The position numbers were made by a program, and so were the translations under genes. Below the pieces are notes generated by a model. The model was given only the letters and a program-made list of their open reading frames with translations. It ran no database searches and had not been told where the DNA came from. DNA of 64,000 nucleotides from a virus, in IMG/VR virus record IMGVR_UViG_3300033153_003354, positions 1 to 64,000 of that record; one strand, written 5' to 3'. Position 1 is the first letter of the stretch, and each line of letters opens with the position of its first letter. This document shows, in pieces, positions 57,851-64,000 of the stretch.

Positions 57851-58011
57851 TGACTGAAAAAAGTGATACTAAAATATGGGAGATAAAACAAAACATCATT
57901 GCTACTTATTGTAGAATTTTTAATAAATGTAATGGGTGTAGAGGTAGTGGCATATACAAACACTTATTATATGGTAAAAAAACATGTCCTCGTTGTGGAG
58001 GTAAAGGATGA
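57850..58011 (+). CDS. DnaJ-type Zn-finger microprotein (53 aa)
   Basis: CNGCRGSG...CPRCGGKG; TAATG overlap with the preceding stop. Confidence 0.65.
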   Translation: MTEKSDTKIWEIKQNIIATYCRIFNKCNGCRGSGIYKHLLYGKKTCPRCGGKG

Positions 58012-58015
58012 TAAA

Positions 58016-58162
58016 ATGACTAAAATTTGCACACGATGTAAGAAAGAACGTGGTCCAGTGATATTAGATAATAATGCTCTATCAATTGCCTATCATTTAG
58101 ATTTTATGGAAGATAATCCAAAGGAATTGTGCATAGATTGTTGGTTGAAGGATCGTGAATAA
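58016..58162 (+). CDS. small Zn-finger protein
   Basis: CTRC...CIDC. Confidence 0.55.
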   Translation: MTKICTRCKKERGPVILDNNALSIAYHLDFMEDNPKELCIDCWLKDRE

Positions 58163-58370
58163 AATGACAATACAAACACAAAAACTAATAGACAAGATCG
58201 AGGACAAATTAAAATCATTCTTTTCATATTTAAAAGAAAAATGGAATGATAAATGGTATTCATTCAATCATTGGACAAGAATGCTGGAAAGAAATTATCC
58301 ATATACTTCATTACTTACCTTAATAGGCATAGCTATTGTTTTATCAATTATATTTTGGGTGACCTTATGA
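58155..58370 (+). CDS. small membrane protein
   Basis: C-terminal hydrophobic helix. Confidence 0.55.
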   Translation: MNKMTIQTQKLIDKIEDKLKSFFSYLKEKWNDKWYSFNHWTRMLERNYPYTSLLTLIGIAIVLSIIFWVTL

Positions 58371-58371
58371 G

Positions 58372-58767
58372 GTGAATAAAATGGATGTATATATACCATA
58401 TGAAAAGACTGTCAAGGAAATAAAAGCACCAACAGACGAAAGTGTGAAATTATTGAATGAAATGTCAGAGGAAGTTATTAAGAATATTATGCATGAATAT
58501 AAAGTAGAAAATACGAATATTGATACTGCTATTCTTATCCATGATGATCCAAAGAGAAGAATGAAAGTTGTTGTCCTGAAAATTGTTGTAAATGGAGAAG
58601 AAAGAATATATTCAACTGGAATGAATGACGTTAGTATCATTGAAGAGGGTGTTGAGATCTTTCAACTTGCTATATTTGATTTGGTTAAGGATGCTGTCAC
58701 AGATATTGTCAGTGGATTGGTAGTGGAAAACATGACTGAATATAATAAATTATTTAAGAGGTTTTAA
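58372..58767 (+). CDS. hypothetical protein
   Basis: APTDESVKLLNEM; GAGGTGA near the start. Confidence 0.6.
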   Translation: MNKMDVYIPYEKTVKEIKAPTDESVKLLNEMSEEVIKNIMHEYKVENTNIDTAILIHDDPKRRMKVVVLKIVVNGEERIYSTGMNDVSIIEEGVEIFQLAIFDLVKDAVTDIVSGLVVENMTEYNKLFKRF

Positions 58768-58937
58768 AATGAATGAAGAAGACAAACGATTTTTTAAAAT
58801 AATTGATGATATGAGTGATGTAAAACTCACCGACTTGCAAAAAGAGCAGATATTGGAGATGGGCAAACGAGAGGAGCGAAAGCTGGTTTTCATGAGAAGA
58901 GGACCAATGCGGTGGATGAACATAGGAGGAAAAAAGA

Positions 58938-59339
58938 ATGACCGATTTTAACCTGAAGTGCGAGAAGGCGTTTGAGTATTTGTTGCCAGATAGGGATAGG
59001 TGGTTTGACGGTGATAAATTCATTATGAAAAGCCACCCGAACAAGGTCAATACATTCTGCACGGAATGTGATTCAAAAAATATACCAATGAATGATAGTG
59101 AATGGGTATACATTTTCACACAGGAACAGTTGCAGGAGATGGCATTTAATCATTATTCCAAAATGTATCCAAGATGGGAAAAAGAAGCAATATTTGACCT
59201 TGTATTAGTTATGTTTAGAAAATTTACTGAAAGATTAGATACTGGTCATATTCACAATTGGAATAAGATGTGGTTATGTTTTGTTATGGAAATTATACAT
59301 GGAAAATCATGGTCATGCGAGAAGGAGGATTGGATATGA
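58938..59339 (+). CDS. hypothetical protein, paralog A
   Basis: TQEQLQEM...MWLCFVM...W..EK.DWI. Confidence 0.65.
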   Translation: MTDFNLKCEKAFEYLLPDRDRWFDGDKFIMKSHPNKVNTFCTECDSKNIPMNDSEWVYIFTQEQLQEMAFNHYSKMYPRWEKEAIFDLVLVMFRKFTERLDTGHIHNWNKMWLCFVMEIIHGKSWSCEKEDWI

Positions 59340-59683
59340 GTGATTTTAATATGATGATGGATAAGGCGTATGAATATCTGGGTTTATGTGAGGACAAAAC
59401 ACTCATGAGTACGGAGCCACTAACACAACAGAGGATAGATGAATGGGCGAGGAGTATATTCGAAAAAAGATATGGTGGAAAATACACCCAAGAGCAGTTG
59501 CAAGATATGGTAATGGATAAGAAAGGTTGGAACTCATATACAACGCTGAATTATTTCATTGATTTCATGTCTATACAATCTGCATCAATGATAATATCTG
59601 AAATGTGGTTACGATTTGCTATGTATGTTCTTCACAGGAAACAATGGTCAGATGAAAAGGGAGATTGGATATGCAACACATAG
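59336..59683 (+). CDS. hypothetical protein, paralog B
   Basis: TQEQLQDM...MWLRFAM...W..EK.DWI. Confidence 0.65.
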   Translation: MSDFNMMMDKAYEYLGLCEDKTLMSTEPLTQQRIDEWARSIFEKRYGGKYTQEQLQDMVMDKKGWNSYTTLNYFIDFMSIQSASMIISEMWLRFAMYVLHRKQWSDEKGDWICNT

Positions 59684-59898
59684 ATCAAGAAACTGGATGG
59701 AGCATCGAGGATATAACCTATGGTGGTATTGTATGGAGAGTTATAACATCAAATAACCAACCAAGAGGATTCATTTTTCGACCTACCAAAGATGTGCCTT
59801 TTGCATATCGACCAGGAAGTGAATACGAATTATTGCAAGAAGAAGATTTGATTGCTATATCCAAACTGTTTAAATTTGTTAATGGGATGATAAAATGA
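59665..59898 (+). CDS. hypothetical protein
   Basis: Overlaps its neighbours. Confidence 0.5.
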   Translation: MDMQHIDQETGWSIEDITYGGIVWRVITSNNQPRGFIFRPTKDVPFAYRPGSEYELLQEEDLIAISKLFKFVNGMIK

Positions 59899-62039
59899 AA
59901 AGTGAATATTTAATTGGTGATGCCAAAGATGTGTTGAAAACACTACCAGATAAACATTTTCAGTGTGTTGTTACAAGTCCTCCTTATTGGGGGTTGCGAT
60001 CATATTTGCCCGATGATGATGCAGAGAAAAAGAACGAACTTGGTACTGAACAAACACCAGAAGAATATGTTGCCAACCTAGTTGATGTTTTTCGTGAAGT
60101 AAAAAGGGTGTTACGTGACGATGGAAATGTTTGGTTGAACCTGGGCGATAGTTATGCTTCATCTGCTACTGGATCATTTAATGGAGGAGGATTCAAAGAT
60201 TCTTCTGCAAAATCGGGTGGTAGAAATTTATCTGGAGTAGAATCAAGTGGAAAAATGGATAAATTAAAAGCAAGTGGACTCAAACCAAAAGATTTGGTTG
60301 GAATCCCGTGGCGTGTCGCATTTGCACTTCAGCAGGACGGTTGGTGGTTACGCCAGGATATAATATGGTGTCTATCAGGAGGAACCTATCTATACGTCAA
60401 ATCACAGAAGGGAATCATGCCGATGACGGTGAAAGATTTATACCGACTCGATTTGACAAAATGTCAATTATGGAACGGTGATAAATGGACTAATATACTC
60501 GGTATGAACAAATCTAAACGAAAAGGCGATGAGTTGGAAATGGTTTTACGAAGCGGAGAAAGAATATCATGTACACCAAATCATAAATTCCCAACCGAAA
60601 GAGGAAATATAGAAGCATTGGAAATCGAAATTGGGGATGTAATTGAATCTGTTATGTTGCCCGATGGGAACACACCAGAATATATCAATGCTGAAATGGC
60701 ATGGTTTATTGGCATCTATTTGGCGGAAGGGTCTAAAAGCGGAAGTGCGTTGCAGATAGCGGGACATGTCAAAGAAAAAACTCGGTGGGAACGCATACAG
60801 CAAATGGTGAAGTATTATGGGGGCTCTTGTACCCGTACAATATCCGGCAATAAAATGGACATCCGGGTTTATGGTAGAATCATTCATGCTATCATAACTG
60901 AACATATTTCTGGAAGAATAGCAAAGAACAAAGGACTGTCTAATAAATGTTGGCAATACGATAACAAGTTTTTGGATAACTTACTAACTGGGTATCTGGA
61001 AGGTGACGGTCATTGGGACAAGGAAAATAAAAGGTGGCGACTCGGATTCACACGAAACTATAATCTTGAACGTGATTTGAGATCGTTGTCTGCAAGGCTG
61101 GGATATTCCATAACATTAAAACCCAACATATCGGAAAATACCGTAACAGGGAAAAAACACCCATCATTCAGAGGCGAAATTAGGAAAACCGTATCTAATC
61201 ACCACAATAATAAATCAAGAAATGAAGTGGTTGAAATTCGTAAAGCAAGATGTAGGTATGTGTATGACTTGGGTGTTGAGGATTACCCACATACATTTTC
61301 GTTGGCAAGTGGTATATTAACACACAACTCAAAGCCCAATCCTATGCCAGAAAGTGTTACCGACAGATGCACAAAATCCCACGAATACGTCTTTTTGTTG
61401 ACTAAATCGGCAAGATATTATTACGATTCTGATGCAATAAGGGAAAACCACGACCACCCATCAATAAATCATAAATCGGATAGAAAAACCACTGAACAAG
61501 AAAAATCGTTCATCGGAAAAGCACCAACAAATTTAGGTAGATGTGGTAACAACCCAAACGGCAGAAACAAACGCTCGGTGTGGACAATTAATACAAAACC
61601 GTATAAGGAAGCTCATTTCGCAGTATTTCCGCCAGAATTACCAGAACTGTGCATAAAAGCTGGAACAAGTGCCAAAGGACAATGCTCGAAATGTGGAAAT
61701 CCTTGGATTAGAGAAATTGAGAAAATACAAACCAACAAAAGCAACGAAAAAGGTATAACTGAAATGATAGAAAAAGGTGTTCCAAGACAAAAAGCAAATT
61801 TATATGTTACACAAAAAAGAGGAACAAATAAAACAATCGGATGGAAACCAACATGTGATTGCAATGCAAAAATCGTACCACAAATCGTTCTAGATCCCTT
61901 TGCCGGAAGTGGGACAACAATTATGGTTGCAAAGGAACTTGGCAGACATGGTATTGGAATTGATCTCAATGATAAATATCGTGAAATTGCTGTCCGAAGA
62001 TGTAATTTAGATGTTGAATCAGTGGAGGATTTCTTTTGA
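59895..62039 (+). CDS. N4/N6 DNA methyltransferase MTase4 containing an intein
   Basis: TSPPYWGLR, KPNPMPES, HFAVFP, DPFAGSGTT. Confidence 0.93.
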   Translation: MKSEYLIGDAKDVLKTLPDKHFQCVVTSPPYWGLRSYLPDDDAEKKNELGTEQTPEEYVANLVDVFREVKRVLRDDGNVWLNLGDSYASSATGSFNGGGFKDSSAKSGGRNLSGVESSGKMDKLKASGLKPKDLVGIPWRVAFALQQDGWWLRQDIIWCLSGGTYLYVKSQKGIMPMTVKDLYRLDLTKCQLWNGDKWTNILGMNKSKRKGDELEMVLRSGERISCTPNHKFPTERGNIEALEIEIGDVIESVMLPDGNTPEYINAEMAWFIGIYLAEGSKSGSALQIAGHVKEKTRWERIQQMVKYYGGSCTRTISGNKMDIRVYGRIIHAIITEHISGRIAKNKGLSNKCWQYDNKFLDNLLTGYLEGDGHWDKENKRWRLGFTRNYNLERDLRSLSARLGYSITLKPNISENTVTGKKHPSFRGEIRKTVSNHHNNKSRNEVVEIRKARCRYVYDLGVEDYPHTFSLASGILTHNSKPNPMPESVTDRCTKSHEYVFLLTKSARYYYDSDAIRENHDHPSINHKSDRKTTEQEKSFIGKAPTNLGRCGNNPNGRNKRSVWTINTKPYKEAHFAVFPPELPELCIKAGTSAKGQCSKCGNPWIREIEKIQTNKSNEKGITEMIEKGVPRQKANLYVTQKRGTNKTIGWKPTCDCNAKIVPQIVLDPFAGSGTTIMVAKELGRHGIGIDLNDKYREIAVRRCNLDVESVEDFF
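60369..61328 (+). mobile_element. intein with LAGLIDADG homing endonuclease (320 aa)
   Basis: Starts CLSGGT; block B TPNH; GIYLAEG and GYLEGDG; VYDL...ILTHN followed by Ser. Confidence 0.93.
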
Positions 62040-62064
62040 AAATAATAGAATTATTTAATATAAG

Positions 62065-63024
62065 GTGAAAATGAAAGTTCTTTTGATACAAATTGATGGG
62101 AAACTCCCAAATCTAGCCCTTATGAAGTTATCACAATACCATAAAGATCGTGGTGATATAGTTGTTCTTGAAAAATATAATCGTGCTCCAGGATGGGATA
62201 TTCATAACCCAGATATGGTATATATTTCTTGTATTTGGAAAGAAAATCGTTTAGGTGCATTGGATGCACGAGATTTTTACCAACAACGTGGGATAAAAAC
62301 AATCATTGGTGGATCCGGTGTTGATTTAACTACAAAACTTGATCCAGACATTGAAAGATTGAAACCCGACTATTCATTATATCCAGACAACGACAAATCA
62401 ATGGGCTTTACAACGAGAGGGTGCATAAGGAAATGTGGTTTTTGTATAGTGCCAAAGAAAGAGGGCAAGATATGTAAATGGCAACATCCGAGAGAGTTTC
62501 ATAACGAGGACTTTAACAAGATAACTTTACTTGATAGTAATGGTTATGCTATGAAAGATTGGTTCTTTGAGGTTACAGATTGGTATATGGAACAAGGATT
62601 AAAAATCGCTTACAATCAAGGGTTTGATATTAGGATATTGACAGAAGAAATCGCAGGAAGATTGGCAGATTTAAAATATTATGAAACCTTACATTTTGCC
62701 TTTGATGGTATGGAGTATGAAGAAAAGGTGGTTGATGGTATTCAAATGTTGAAAGATGCAGGGATAAATATAAGATCAATGGTTCAATTTTTTGTATTGG
62801 TAGGTTACAATACCACCAAAGATGAAGATAAATATAGATGTCGATTATTGAAGGAATTAGGTACTGGTGCGTATGTCATGAGATATAAAACCACTCCTTG
62901 GACAAAGAAAATATATCGTTGGGCTAACAGAAAAGAATTGTTTTGGTCTATTGATATAGATGATTACGATAGAAATCCAAAACCAATTATCCCAGAAGCA
63001 GATAGTATAATGGAATTTATGTAA
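62065..63024 (+). CDS. radical SAM protein
   Basis: PNLALMKLS, TTRGCIRKCGFC...EG. Confidence 0.88.
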   Translation: MKMKVLLIQIDGKLPNLALMKLSQYHKDRGDIVVLEKYNRAPGWDIHNPDMVYISCIWKENRLGALDARDFYQQRGIKTIIGGSGVDLTTKLDPDIERLKPDYSLYPDNDKSMGFTTRGCIRKCGFCIVPKKEGKICKWQHPREFHNEDFNKITLLDSNGYAMKDWFFEVTDWYMEQGLKIAYNQGFDIRILTEEIAGRLADLKYYETLHFAFDGMEYEEKVVDGIQMLKDAGINIRSMVQFFVLVGYNTTKDEDKYRCRLLKELGTGAYVMRYKTTPWTKKIYRWANRKELFWSIDIDDYDRNPKPIIPEADSIMEFM

Positions 63025-63105
63025 TTTGATTTATAGATTTGAAAAACCTACAAAACAACATAAAAGTATAAATAGAAGTTAACCAATGATGAATTAGGTG
63101 AGAAA

Positions 63106-63426
63106 ATGACTAAAAAAGTAATTGAAGGTATATTTTGCAACATGTGTGGTCGTTTTATTAAATATACATATGATAAATATACAAAATCTTCAGAATGTAT
63201 AGGATGTGGAAAACATCTATGTGAAAAGTGTACTTGTGAGATCAATGTAACAACAATCAAAAGACATTGGAAAGAATCTACTGGTACACTGCCTTATGGA
63301 GCTGGTGGTACAATAACATCACCATTTAGAGAGATAAAAATATGTGAAGATTGTCTTCCTAGTGACAACGAGGTTTTGGATGCAATCACTACATATATCA
63401 AAGGCGTTGGTGAGAATGATGACTGA
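63106..63426 (+). CDS. Cys-rich Zn-finger protein
   Basis: Four CxxC pairs; GGTGA RBS. Confidence 0.65.
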   Translation: MTKKVIEGIFCNMCGRFIKYTYDKYTKSSECIGCGKHLCEKCTCEINVTTIKRHWKESTGTLPYGAGGTITSPFREIKICEDCLPSDNEVLDAITTYIKGVGENDD

Positions 63427-63579
63427 AGATTGTAAATCATCTCTTAATAAATTTATTCGCAAACTTACTCATAGACCACTCCTTACCTATGTAAATATAT
63501 AAAAGAGTTACTTCACACGTAAGGAGAAATTAATCGCCTTGCAAAGTCGAGTAACCCGAAGATGTATAAATATGTTTAG

Positions 63580-63600
63580 AAAAGTTTATATAGTTTGACA
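63580..63600 (+). promoter_or_regulatory. BRE/TATA-like promoter; similar motifs near 4838, 11557, 18426, 50578 and 53320
   Basis: AAAAGTTTATATAGTTTGA, nearly identical to AAAGGTTTATATAGTTTGA at 50578. Confidence 0.65.
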
Positions 63601-63613
63601 ACATACTTGTTTT

Positions 63614-63750
63614 GATATAACGGGAAACCAACATGTCGCTTGGTTCATTGTTTCACCTCAACTTAATTTTATCCCGTTATGTCTACTATATGATCTTGTG
63701 AGTTACACCACTAACAAGTGGGTTTTTCAAAAATTGACCTCACGGTTTTT
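63614..63750 (+). ncRNA. candidate structured non-coding RNA
   Basis: 12-bp stem GATATAACGGGA/TCCCGTTATGTC with inner hairpin, second GTGAG/CTCAC domain; starts ~22 nt after the TATA-like box. Confidence 0.4.
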
Positions 63751-64000
63751 CTAGGGTGACAATGACAAGGAAAAAGCTGTCGAGAAAAAGTGAATTTAAT
63801 AATAAGATATTAACATTTAAATAATCTTGGATCGAGAGATTTAATTAACTTCAACTTTCAAGTTCACTTTCACCCTACTTGCTTCCAAAATGAAGTGGAA
63901 CTTATTTTTATGTGTTTGACTAGGGATCATCAACCTTGAATTGGAACTTAAAGGATATACTATTATATAGTCACACAGGTATAGAGTGGTAGAGGTGTAA

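Noticed and set aside
57899-58015. N-terminal part of ORF 57899-58162
   Set aside because: Overlaps the better-supported CxxCxGxG ORF; the likely start is 58016.
1-64000. CRISPR array, diversity-generating retroelement, integrase
   Set aside because: No regularly spaced repeats, reverse transcriptase or recombinase were recognised by eye.
1-64000. Stop-codon reassignment
   Set aside because: Conserved genes are full length under the standard code; the few breaks are frame changes.

Overview
This AT-rich window covers most of the genome of an archaeal tailed (siphovirus-like) dsDNA virus. The evidence is archaeal-type replication proteins, BRE/TATA-like promoters, GGTGA/GGAGG ribosome-binding sites and no tail sheath; the host cannot be assigned from sequence alone. 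Layout: (1) 1-21 kb, + strand: DNA modification and replication (GT4 glycosyltransferase, degenerate radical-SAM-like protein, three N4/N6 methyltransferases, MCM-like ATPase, RPA-like, RecA-like, PCNA, fused primase, XPF, RFC-S, RFC-L, PolB, SNF2 helicase, a tRNA-Arg and an anticodon-less tRNA-like gene). (2) 21-50 kb, - strand: virion morphogenesis. (3) 50-64 kb, + strand: accessory genes (AbrB+TnpB, nucleotidyltransferase/AAA/phosphoesterase, intein-containing methyltransferase, radical SAM) and a structured non-coding end. Main findings: a ~230-codon stop-free insertion in a methyltransferase that hides an HNH endonuclease in another frame; PIP-box-like C-termini on all four methyltransferases and a radical SAM enzyme, suggesting DNA modification tethered to the viral PCNA; an atypical PolB motif A (DNKSEYPS); a split major capsid gene; and candidate non-coding RNAs. 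All protein calls come from motif recognition by eye, not database searches.
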